The notes beneath the pieces are model-generated. The model ran no database searches. It had not been told where the DNA came from and was given only the letters and a program-made list of their open reading frames with translations. From contig NC_086108.1 of assembly GCF_963921235.1 (NCBI RefSeq), positions 7,192,001 through 7,256,000 on the forward strand: DNA of 64,000 bases. Direction: 5' to 3'. The position numbers were made by a program, and so were the translations under genes. This document shows positions 39,295-52,480 of this stretch, piece by piece. The stretch comes from Mobula hypostoma. Taxonomy: Eukaryota. Position 1 is the first letter of the stretch. Every line of letters starts with the position of its first letter.

Positions 39295-41818
39295 ACACAC
39301 ATCAAAGTTGCTGGTGAACGCAGCAGGTCAGGCAGCATCTATAGGAAGAGGTGCAGTCGAAGTTTCAGGCCGAGACCCTTCGTCAGGACTAACTGAAGGA
39401 AGAGTGAGTAAGGGATTTGAAAGTTGGAGGGGGAGGGGGAGATCCAAAATGATAGGAGAAGACAGGAGGGGGAGGGATGGAGCCAAGAGCTGGACAGGTG
39501 ATAGGCAAAAGGGATACGAGAGGATCATGGCACAGGAGGCCCAGGGAGAAAGAAAGGGGGAGGGGGAATCAGAGGATGGGCAGGGGGTATAGTCAGAGGG
39601 ACAGAGGGAGAAAAAGGAGAGAGAGAGAAAGAATGTGTGTATATAAACAAATAACAGATGGGGTACGAGGGGGAGTTGGGGCATTAGCGGAAGTTAGAGA
39701 AGTCAATGCTCATGCCATCAGGGAGAAATTCAGAGTTCAGCAGAGGAGGACAAAGGGCTTAATTAGGAAGGGGAAAAAAGATTATGAGAGAAAACTGGCG
39801 GGGAACATAAAAACGGACTGTAAAAGCTTTTATAGATATGTAAAAAGGAAAAGACTGGTAAAGACAAATGTAGGTCCCCTGCAGACAGAAACAGGTGAAT
39901 TGATTATGGGGAGCAAGGACATGGCAGACCAATTGAATAATTACTTTGGTTCTGTCTTCACTAAGGAGGACATAAATAATCTTCCAGAAATAGTAAGGGA
40001 CAGAGGGTCCAGTGAGATGGAGGAACTGAGTGAAATACATGTTAGTAGGGAAGTGGTGTTAGGTAAATTGAAGGGATTGGAGGCAGATAAATCCCCAGGG
40101 CCAGATGGTCTGCATCCTAGAGTGCTTAAGGAAGTAGCCCAAGAAATAGTGGATGCATTAGTGATAACTTTTCAAAACTCATTAGATTCTGGACTAGTTC
40201 CTGAGGATTGGAGGGTGGCTAATGTAACCCCACTTTTTAAAAAAGGAGGGAGAGAGAAACCAGGGAATTATAGACTGGTTAGCCTAACATCAGTGGTGGG
40301 GAAACTGCTGGAGTCAGTTATCAAGGATGTGATAACAGCACATTTGGAAAGCGGTGAAATCATCGGACAAAGTCAGCATGGATTTGTGAAAGGAAAATCA
40401 TGTCTGACGAATCTCATAGAATTTTTTGAAGATGTAACTAGTAGAGTGGATGGGGGAGAACCAGTGGATGTGGTATATTTGGATTTTCAAAAGGCTTTTG
40501 ACAAGGTCCCACACAGGAGATTAGTGTGCAAACTTAAAGCACACGGTATTGGGGGTAAGGTATTCGTGTGGGTGGAGAATTGGTTAGCAGACAGGAAGCA
40601 AAGAGTGGGAATAAACGGGACCTTTTCAGAATGGCAGGCAGTGACTAGTGGGGTACCGCAAGGCTCAGTGCTGAGACCCCAGTTGTTTACAATATATATT
40701 AATGACTTGGATGAGGGAATTAAATGCAGCATCTCCAAGTTTGCGGATGACACGAAGCTGGGTGGCAGTGTTAGCAGTGAGGAGGATGCTAAGAGGATGC
40801 AGGGTGACTTGGATAGGTTGGGTGAGTGGGCAAACTCATGGCAGATGCAATTTAATGTGGATAAATGTGAAGTTATCCACTTTGGTGGCAAAAATAGGAA
40901 AACAGATTATTATCTGAATGGTGGCCGATTAGGAAAAGGGGAGGTGCAACGAGACCTGGGTGTCATTATACACCAGTCATTGAAAGTGGGCATGCAGGTA
41001 CAGCAGGCGGTGAAAAAGGCAAATGGTATGCTGGCATTTATAGCGAGAGGATTCGAGTACAGGAGCAGGGAGGTACTACTGCAGTTGTACAAGGCCTTGG
41101 TGAGACCACACCTGGAGTATTGTGTGCAGTTTTGGTCCCCTAATCTGAGGAAAGACATCTTTGCCATAGAGGGAGTACAAAGAAGGTTCACCAGATTGAT
41201 TCCTGGGATGGCAGGACTTTCATATGAAGAAAGACTGGATGAACTGGGCTTGTACTCGTTGGAATTTAGAAGATTGAGGGGGGATCTGATTGAAACATAT
41301 AAGATCCTAAAGGGATTGGACAGGCTAGATGCAGGAAGATTGTTCCCGATGTTGGGGAAGTCAGAACGAGGGGTCACAGTTTGAGGATAGAGGGGAAGCC
41401 TTTTAGGACCGAGATTAGGAAAAACTTCTTCACACAGAGAGTGGTGAATCTGTGGAATTCTCTGCCACAGAAAACTGTTGAGGCCAGTTCATTGGCTATG
41501 TTTAAGAGGGAGTTAGATATGGCCCTTGTGGCTACAGGGGTCAGGGGGTATGGAGGGAAGGCTGGGGCGGGGTTCTGAGTTGGATGATCAGCCATGATCA
41601 TAATAAATGGCGGTGCAGGCTCGAAGGGCCGAATGGCCTACTCGTGCACCTATTTTCTATGTTTCTATGTTTCTACCCAGACGGAATATAAGGTGTTGTT
41701 CCTCCAACCTGAGTGTGGCTTCATCTTTACAGTAGAGGAGGCCGTGGATAGACATGTCAGAGTGGGAATGGGATGTGGAATTAAAATGTGTGGCCACAGA
41801 GAAAGCAGGATCTCCCAG
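39295..41818 (-). mobile_element. Penelope-like element 3' part, interrupted by a CR1 at 39721-41675
   Basis: Reverse complement of the 1-775 element at 39295-39720, resuming at ~41673-41798. Hammerhead motif at 39355-39390. Confidence 0.85.
39721..41675 (+). mobile_element. CR1 family A, 5'-truncated copy with a 1-bp deletion near the ORF2 end
   Basis: RT ORF nearly identical to 7792-10824. AAGTCAGAACG at ~41358-41369 versus AAGTCCAGAACG in sister copies causes a frameshift. Confidence 0.93.
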
Positions 41819-42344
41819 ACCCAACTTGTTCAACCTTTCTTTGTAACTTAGGTGATGAAACCCAGGTAACATTCTAGTAAATCTTCTCTGTACTCTCTCT
41901 ATTTTGTTCACATCTTTCCTATAATTTGGTGACCAGAACTGTACACAATACTCCAAATTTGGCCTCAATGCTGGAAATCCAGAGCAACACACACAAAATG
42001 CTGGAGAAACTCAGCAGATCAGGCAACATCTATGGAAATGAAGTGATAGCCGACATTTTGGGCGAAGACATTTCTTCAGGATTGAGAAGGATCGGGTAAG
42101 AGGGCAGAATAAAAAGGTTGGGGGAAGGGAGGGAGACTAGTTAGAAGGTGAAGCCAGATGGGTGGGAAAGGGTGGAGCAGAAGGAGAGAAGAGTGGACCA
42201 TTGGAAAAAGGAAAGGGGATCCAGAGGGAAGTAATAGGCAGGTGAAAAGTGGTAAAAGATCAGAGAGGGGACTAGAGGAAGGTCGAAGGGGAGAGAACTC
42301 CATGTATTTTCTAACCAGGGTTGTATAGAGCGATAACATTACGT

Positions 42345-42836
42345 AGAAACATAGAAAACCTGCAGCACAATACAGGCCCTTGGGCCCACAAAGCCGTGCC
42401 AAACATGTCCTTACTTGAGAAATTACCTAGGGTTACCCATAGCCCTCTATTTTTCTAAGCTCCATGTAACTATCCAGAAGTCTCTTAAAAGACCCTATCG
42501 TATCTGCCGCCTCCACCACCGTTGCCGGCAGCCCATTCCACACACTCACCACTCTTTGCGTAAAAAACTTCCCCCTGACATCTCCTCTGTACCTGCTTCC
42601 AAGCACCTTAAAACTGTGCTCTCGTGCTAGCCATTTCAGCCCTGGGAAAAAGCCTCTGATTATCCACACGATCAATGCCTCTCATCATCTTATACACCTC
42701 TCTCAGGTCACCTCTCATCCTCCGTCGCTCCAAGAAGAAAAGGCTGAGTTCACTCAACCTATTCTCATGAGACATACTCCCCAATCCAGGCAACATCCTT
42801 GTAAATCTCCTTTGCACTCTTTCTATGGTTTCCACA
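42345..42836 (-). mobile_element. CR1 3' fragment
   Basis: ERVQRRFTRMLPGL and KFFTQRVV peptides with a tail. Confidence 0.8.
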
Positions 42837-44532
42837 ATTACCTTGTAGCTTTTGAATTCAAACCATGACTAATGGAGGTCAACACATTATACACCTTCTT
42901 AACAACCCTATCAACTTGCATGGGAACCTTGAGGGGCCTGTGGTTCCTCCACAATCCCTGGTCCATCCATGCTGCTAAGTTCTGTGCATTTCTGAGAGGT
43001 TTCGGTATTTTGGCCGGTGCTGTAGTTTGGATGAAACACGGAACTCTCTTTGGTAGGTTTAACAACATCTAATGGACATCTTCTAAATAATATAAGAGTT
43101 TTCTGTCCTGTTCTGGACCAGTATTTAGCTCCCAACAGCATCATTTAAAAATAACTTGTTTGCCCATTATCCCATCGTTCATCATGGCGACACACACAAA
43201 ATGCTGGAGGAACTCGGCAGGTCAGGCCGCATCTATAGAGGAGAATAATCAGTCAGCAATTTGGCCAAGACCCTTCGTCAGGACTGGAAAGGAAGGAGGA
43301 AGAAGCTAGACTAAGAAGGTGGGAGAGGGGGAGGCATACAAGCTGGCAGGTGGGGTCAGGTGGAGGGAAAGTGGGAGGGAGAGGGCGAATGAAGTGAGAA
43401 GTTAGGAGGTGATAGGTGGAAGAGGTAAAGGGCTGAAGATAGCTGGAAGAGCTAAAGTATGGAACGGGCTTACCGTGCATAAACTGATAGTGTCGCCTGC
43501 TATGTTACAGCAGTCAGTACGTTTGAAATCCAGAGATTGTGCCAGCAGCTATATAACTGAAGTCATGCTCTCTCCCAGAACAGTCATGTGCTCCAACACA
43601 GAACACAGATTTCCATCACAAATACCATGAAAAAACTATTTACAATTTTGACGTTTAATATATATTTTAAAGCAACCAACAAAGATGCAACATTATAATT
43701 TTAAAAATCTTTCCAGAGTGACAACTTATTAAGTATTGCAGCTGAATTATTTATGCTCAGTTCTTATTGCAGATTTCAAAATTTAACAAAAATCAAATGT
43801 TCTTCATTGGGGTAAGTCAGTGTAGATATGTCGTGGTAGTTATTCACTGCGGTGAAATTGAAACAGCTAATATATTCGCGGTAGAAGTTTGTCACATCTT
43901 GGTCGCATACAGAGATCTTCCTTTACTCAGTCTTATCATTAATGCAAAGTCGAGACCAGGTCCAGTTGAAGTGGAGAGAATGGCGGAGTACATCTGGACT
44001 AGAGTACACAGACTTCTACTTTAAACTCTGTCCCCCGTCTCACGTAAGTCACCTACAATAAATTATTATCTAAGAAAGTCACAGAGAAATTATATCCTGT
44101 AAATCATGATGATTCTCTTCCACTACTGATTAACAAGTATAACTAGAAAGTCTGACAAACGCACAGAGGTAACTCATATAGTAAGTATGATATTGAAATT
44201 CAAAAAATAAAAAATAAAATACAGGATTTGAGACGGAAGTGGGATTTTAATCTTGTAGTTTTGCAATACTTCAATGCATGATATTCATCTAAACCTGCTT
44301 ACATTAAAAGAAGCATGTAAAATGATCGACTAATCGCAAAAAATTTTTGTTAAATAAGCTACATATCTTAATTTTATCGCTATAAGGTTTCTTTACATTC
44401 AACTTTGACTCTAAAGTGAGAAATAGCAAGATTATTATAAACTAAAATATATTGCAATATATATTGTTCTAAATAATTAAAATATATTGCAAAGTATCTT
44501 TATCCTATGGTAGAAAAATATGCCAAGTAAAG

Positions 44533-46176
<1,644 letters not shown>

Positions 46177-46179
46177 TTA

Positions 46180-46480
46180 AAACGCAGCCGCAGGGTTACG
46201 TCGTCAGCATCAGCATGCCCTCAAACCTCTATTATTAGTCTGTTTTATCGCTTCGGTTTCTCTTGCCCGACTGATATCGAAACATGGTTTTGTTTACAGC
46301 GTCAGCCCGAGAGCTTGTCCCGCCCCTTCCACCGAGCAGTTGGCTTGTGTCAAAAATGAAGAGTCTTTCATTAGCTAGACAGCATGGTAGTTCAACTTGT
46401 TCCAGCACGTCCCTCGATTGATAGAACAGAGCGGCTCGGGACTGATCCCAAAGGGCGATTCCCTATGCGCGCGCGCATAA
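46180..46480 (-). promoter_or_regulatory. Putative CpG-rich promoter of the INAFM-family gene
   Basis: GC box CCCGCCCC at ~46319-46326 and the perfect palindrome TATGCGCGCGCGCATA (46464-46479, NRF1-like) lie upstream of the ATG. Confidence 0.45.
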
Positions 46481-46542
46481 GATCTGGATGACCGTCTATC
46501 ATTTGTTGTCATCTGCCATGAATTTACATAGTTACATTAAAC

Positions 46543-46625
46543 CAGGGGTTCCCAACCTTTTTATTAAATGTCATGTACCAAGCGGTTAAGCAAGAGGTCC
46601 GTGGACCCCAGGTTGGAATTCCCTG
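46543..46625. mobile_element. hAT-type MITE (relatives at 22370-22452 and ~60063-60128)
   Basis: CAGGGGTTCCCAAC TIR and an 8-bp TSD CATTAAAC/CGTTAAAC. Confidence 0.8.
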
Positions 46626-47340
46626 CGTTAAACGGTGGAAGATGCTGCCGTTCGGCCCGACATGATTGCATCGGCCCTTTCAAGAAACTAGCTGGAGGTT
46701 TACTGTTTACTGAAGATGTTTGCTTTCGGGTTATGGGATGCTATGATGGCGCCGGAAGCGTGGCGGGCTGCTTCTCCCAGCAAATCCTCGGACTGTGTTC
46801 GGCTTTGAGGGAAAATGATGCATTTCACCATATGCTTCCATGCATATGTGATAAATAAAGCGAATCTTTATAAAATATTTTAAAAACCGTTTTATATAAT
46901 TTTCATTTACAACTCGTTGTGTCCACTCTCTTGGCTCTTTTTTTTTACCATTAAATCCTCTAGTTAGAACCACTGGAAATAGTTTCTTCCAGACTACTCC
47001 AAGACTTCAGGGCACCTCGGTAGCGTAGCGGTTAAGCGACGCTATTACAGCGTGGGAGTTTGGAGTTGCGAGTTCAATTCCAGCGCCGCCTGGGGAGAAG
47101 TTTGCATGTTCCTCCCCATGAGCGCAGTCCAAAGACCTACTGGTTAGCAGGTAATCTAGTCATTGCAAATTGTTCTGTGATTGGGCTAGTGTTAAATAGG
47201 TGTTGGGGCTCGACCTGTTCCAAGCTGTATCAACACGATCCATTTTTAGAAGAATGAACCTTGCCACACAACAGTTTCTTTTCCATGAGGCCACGCTATC
47301 ACTGGCAAGTTTCTCAAAAGATGACTCTACCAATTCTACG

Positions 47341-48058
47341 GAACAAGTCAAAAGCTTTAAGTTCCTCGGGGTCAATATCACAAATGACCTGACTTGGTCC
47401 AACCAACCAGAGTTCACTGCCAAGAAGGCCCACCAGCGCCTTTACTTCCTGAGAAAGCTGAAGAAATTTGTCCTGTCCCCTAAAACCCTCATTAATTTTT
47501 ATAGATGCACCGTAGAAAACATTCTTCTAGGGTGCATCACAACCTGGTATGGACGTTGTCCTGTCCAAGTCCGGAAGGAGCTGCAGAAGATCGTGAACAC
47601 GGCGCAGCACATCACACAAACCAATCTTCCGTTCGTGGACTCACTTTACACCGCACGCTGTCGGAGCAGTGCTGCCAGGATAATCAAGGACACGACCCAC
47701 CCAGCCAACACACTTTCCGTCCCTCTTCCCTCCGGGAGAAGGCTCAGGAGCTTGAAGACTCGTACGGCCAGATTTGGGAACAGCTTCTTTCCAACTGTGA
47801 CAAGACTGCTGAACGGATCCTGACCCGGATCTGGGCCGTACCCTCCAAATATCCGGGCCTGCCTCTCGGTTTTTTTGCACTACCTTACTTTCCCTTTTCT
47901 ATTTTCTATTTATGATTTATAATTTAAAATTTTAATATTTACTATCGATTTGTACTCCAGGGAGCACGAAGAGCAGAATCAAATATCGCTATGATGATTG
48001 TACGCTCTAGTATCAATTGTTTGGCGACAATAAAGTATAAAGTATAATAAAGTATAAA
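47341..48058 (+). mobile_element. Rex1/Babar-type LINE 3' fragment
   Basis: FKFLGVNITNDLTW...KKAHQRLYFLRKLKKF...FYRCTVENIL...LPSGRR...NSFFP, with a (TAAAGTA)n tail. Confidence 0.75.
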
Positions 48059-48630
48059 CTACGAATTCCCCGCAACACTTTGCAAAGGTTTAGTTCTTTC
48101 AATTCAAAATAACGTTCTTATTTTGTCATCCTGAACCGGTGGGGACAACTTCAGTCACCTCACCACAACCTGCAGACTCACTTTTGATGACTCTACAACT
48201 CCTATTCTCAGTATTATTTCAAAGTTCAAAAGTTCAAAGTAAATTTATTATCAAAGGACATACATGTCACCATATACAACTTGAGATTCGTCTTCTTTCA
48301 GGCCTACTCAATAATCTATAGAATAGTAACCAGAACAGAATCAATGAAAGACCGCACCAACTTTCTTTATTCATTTGTACACTTTGTCTTCTTTTCCACA
48401 TTGGCTGGCTGTCTGACAGTTTTTAAAATATATATTTTCTCATAAATTCTATTGTATTTTATATTCCTGTAAATGCCTGTAAGAAAATGGATTTCTATAC
48501 ATGTCCTTTGATAATAAATTTATTTTGGCTTTTACTTTGACTTACAAAGCTTGGGCATTTGATGGAATATGCTTGGCTTGTGGTATCCTGTCAAAGGTAA
48601 CTATCTGATCTACATTTCATTCTTTAGTAT

Positions 48631-49489
48631 TGTGACAGGATCCTGAATTACTCCTATGAACTGTGCTCGTTTACCCCTATTAACTGTGCTTTTGAAAAGA
48701 GAGAGCAAGAGAGTTACTTAACACCAACAACTTGTTTTTAAAAGAGAGAGAGAGATGAAGACTGCTTACAGGTTGTTTATACTTTCTTCAAGGACATGGC
48801 ATGCTTGTGTATTTCTTACACAAAGGAAGGAGGAGTTATTTGAGTGACAGTTGATGCTCAGCATGGGAAGATAAAATAGGAGGTCAGACGATAGACCTCA
48901 GACACATGTTTTGGACACTGAATGAGCATTGTTGTGCCCGCAGAAAAAGTGGGATTTTGGAGGATCGATCAGGCGGATCATCCGTCGCTCTTGCAGTGGA
49001 AAGGAAAGGGATTGACTGGTGGGGAGTTCTCCATGTGTCCACCCTCGCCTGGGGGATAGCTCCACCACAGAAAACCAGTCCCCTTTGTTAAAGTCACAGT
49101 CGGTGACTTTTAAAGGATTTTGAAGGACAACTAGAAGATTGACGGCGTCAGTTCACCTGAAGACTCAAATCTCTCCCTCTCTCTCTCCCTCCATCACTAC
49201 TCAACTCAATATCACAAACTGAACTGAACTGACCCGAACTTAACTTTACTCATCATCATAAGACTGTATCTTTTTACTCCTAGACTTAAAGAAGCTTGGT
49301 TTTTCATACATATATTTCCACACTTACTGATATACTTACATATATATATAATCATTGCTAATCTGTTTGATTTATCTACATTTATATTACTGTGTTGCGT
49401 AGTTACTAATAAATATTATTAGTTTATAGCAATACTGGACTCCAAAGTGTTTTCCATCTCTGCTGGTTCTTTATTCCCGTCACATGACA
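48631..49489 (+). mobile_element. Solo LTR, 859 bp
   Basis: TGT...ACA termini, 4-bp TSD GTAT (48627-48630 and 49490-49493), AATAAA at 49408-49413, no coding sequence. Confidence 0.72.
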
Positions 49490-51023
49490 GTATAAACCCA
49501 TACCCTCCATTTGCCACTGTGGTACCGTCATGCATTGTGTAAAATGCCAACCTACTAATTACAATCCTGTTCTTACTCTTCCATATTCAAAGATTCAAAG
49601 TACATTTGTTATGAAAGTATGTATGTGGTATACAACCCTGAGATTTGTCTTCCCACAGACCGCCACGAAACAAAAGAAACACCATGGAACACATTCAAAG
49701 AAAACACCAAACACCAAATGCACAAAAAAGAATAAATCATGCAAATTCAAAAATGTGTGAAAAACACACAGAATATTAAATATTAAACCTTGAAACAGCA
49801 CAGGAATGTTCAGTTCAGTTCAGCTTGGTCCAATTTAGTGCCGGGTCATTTGTTGACCGCGGGCCGCAGAGCCAGATCAAGAGCGTGCAAAATAGCAATG
49901 AAAAAGGAATAACCAGTAACACATCATCACATGAAATGCAGAGTCCAATTCACAAACCATGCCAATCAAACCTTGCCCCAGACCCAAGCCTCCAGCACCT
50001 TCCTCTGGCAGCAGCGAGACAGAGGGAGAGAGAGACACTGGTCAAATGCAGGTATTATGCAGGGGAACTATATTAGGTGAGGAGCTGAAATTGTGTAAAA
50101 TGAAGATATAAAGTCGAAAGTGTTAATGCTGCAGAGGAGAATCATTAATAACATTTGAAAATTTATTTTACAATCACAGGAGGAACATATTAAGATGAAA
50201 ATAAACAACAATCGATCTCATGTCAAATGTAATTCTAAATTGGAGGTGTGCACCCTACAAGATCCATTCTTCACATTGTGCTTGTCATGTTGACATTGTG
50301 GAAAAGCACTATGACTGAAGCCATAAGACCATAAAATATAGGAGAAAAATTGGCCATTTGGCCTCTCGGGTCTGCTTCGTCATTTCATCATGGCTGACAC
50401 ATTTCTCTCTCAGCCACACTGTCCTGACTTCTCCTCGTATCTCTTCATGCCCTGACCAGTCAAGAATCCTTAAGTATACCCAATGACTGGCCTCCACAGC
50501 CACCTGTGGCAACAAGTTCCAGATTTACCACACTCTGAGTCCTTCTCATCCCCATTCTAAATGGATGCCCCTCCATTCTGAGGCTGTGCCCTCTGTTGTT
50601 GGACTCTCCCACCATAGGAAACATTCTCTCCACATCCACTCTATTGAGGTCTTTCAAGATTCCCTGGCTTTACTACCTTGAAAGGTATGAAAACACCAGT
50701 GCCCAAGAATGGAAAAGCCTACAAAACTTGGTGGACTCAACCCAGACCATCACAGGCAAAGCCCTCCCCAACACTGAGCACATTTACAACGAGCACTGTG
50801 TCAGGAAAGCAGCATCCATCATCAAGCACCCCCACCACCCAGACCATGCTCTCTTCTCACTGCCTTTGGAGCCTTCGGTCCCACACCACCAGGTTCAGGA
50901 ACAGTTATTATCTCTCAATCATCAAGCTCCTGAATCAGTGTGAATAACTTCACTCACCTCAACTCTGAACTGATTCTACACCCTATGGATTTACTTTCAA
51001 CGATTCTACAACTCATTTGCAAT

Positions 51024-51142
51024 ATTTATTTATTTACCTATCTATCAATCGATCTTTCTACCTGTTTGTCTATCTATCCACCTATCTATTTATTTATCCA
51101 TCCATCTGTCTATCTATCCATCTAACTATTTATTTATCTATT
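51024..51142. repeat. Degenerate (TATC/TATT)n tetranucleotide repeat
   Basis: Directly visible within a LINE 3' UTR. Confidence 0.8.
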
Positions 51143-51419
51143 GTATTTGCAGTTTGTCTTCCTGTGCACATTGGTTGCTTGTCAGTCTTTATGTGTAGTT
51201 TTTCATTGATTCTATTGTGTTTCTTTGTTCTACTGTGAATGCCTGCAGAAATGAATCTCAGGGTGCGATATGGTGACGTATACATACTTTGATAATAAAT
51301 TTACTTTGAACTTTGAAATATGGACACTATATTGCTGTTGAATTAATGGTGACAGTGATATGAGACAGTGAAACTTCAACTTGCATTTAGTCATTCGGCC
51401 AACATGTTGTGCTGACGTT

Positions 51420-52302
51420 TTAAGAATCAAAGATTCTGGCATGGTTCCAGTGAACTGGAAAATTGTACATGTCACGCCACTCTTCAAGAAAGGAAGTAGG
51501 CAGAAGGAAGGAAATTATAAGCCATTTAGCCTGTTCGCAATGCTTGGGAAGATGTTGGAGTTGATCGTTAAAGATAAGGTCTCAGGATACTTGGAGGTAC
51601 ATAATAGGTCATAGTCATCATGGTTTCCTCAAGGGAAAATCTTGCCTGACAAATCTTTTGGAATTCTTTGAAGAGATAGCAAACAGGATAGGCAAAGGAG
51701 AATTGGTGGATGTTGTTTACTTAGGTCTTCAGAAGGCCTTTGACATGTTGCTGCACGTGAGGCTGCTTCACGAGGGTCCATGGTATTACAGGAAGGAAAC
51801 TAGCAAGGATAGAGGATCAGCTGATTGGCAGGAGGCAAAGAGTGGGTATAAAGGGAGACTTTACTGGTTGGTTGACGGTGACTAGTGGTGTTCCACAGGG
51901 GTCAGTGTTACAACCGCTTCTTTTCTGTTATATGTCAATGAATTGGATGATGGAATTAATGGCTTTGTGGCCAAGTTGGCAGATGACATGAAGATAGGTG
52001 GATGGGGATGTAGTTCTGATGAAGCAAGAAGCTGCAGAAGAACTTAGATAGATTGACAGAATGGGCAAAAAAGTGGCAGATGGAATATATTGTTAGGAAC
52101 TGTATGGTCATGCGCTTTGGTAGAAGAAATAAAATCATGGACTATTTCTAAATGGGCAGAAAATTCAAAACTCCAAGGTGCAATGGGACTTAGGAGTCTT
52201 CATGTAGGGTTCCTTAAAGTTGAGTTGGTGGTGAGGTAGGTGAATGCAATGTTGGCATTCATTTCAAGAGGCCTAGAATATAAAAGCAAGGATATAATGT
52301 TG
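51420..52302 (+). mobile_element. Old CR1 RT fragment
   Basis: VTPLFKKG, VDVVYLG and degenerate ADD motifs over several frames. Confidence 0.8.
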
Positions 52303-52480
52303 ACACGAGGAATTCTGCAGATGGTGGAAATTCAAGCCACACACATCAAAGTTGCTGGTGAACGCAGCAGGCCAGGCAGCATCTCTAGGAAGAGGTACAG
52401 TGGACGTTTCAGGCCGAGACCCTTCGTCAGGACTACACTAGTCCAGACTTCGTCCTGACGAAGGTTCTCGGCCCGAAACT
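52303..52480. mobile_element. Penelope terminal fragment with two back-to-back hammerhead cores
   Basis: Minus-strand core at 52399-52434 and plus-strand core CTGACGA...GAAA at 52455-52478 (truncated). Confidence 0.75.

Noticed and set aside
39477..41384. 635-aa ORF as a novel RT fusion protein
   Set aside because: Chance read-through from antisense Penelope sequence into a truncated CR1. The same applies to the N-termini of 23957-25060 and 14832-15773.
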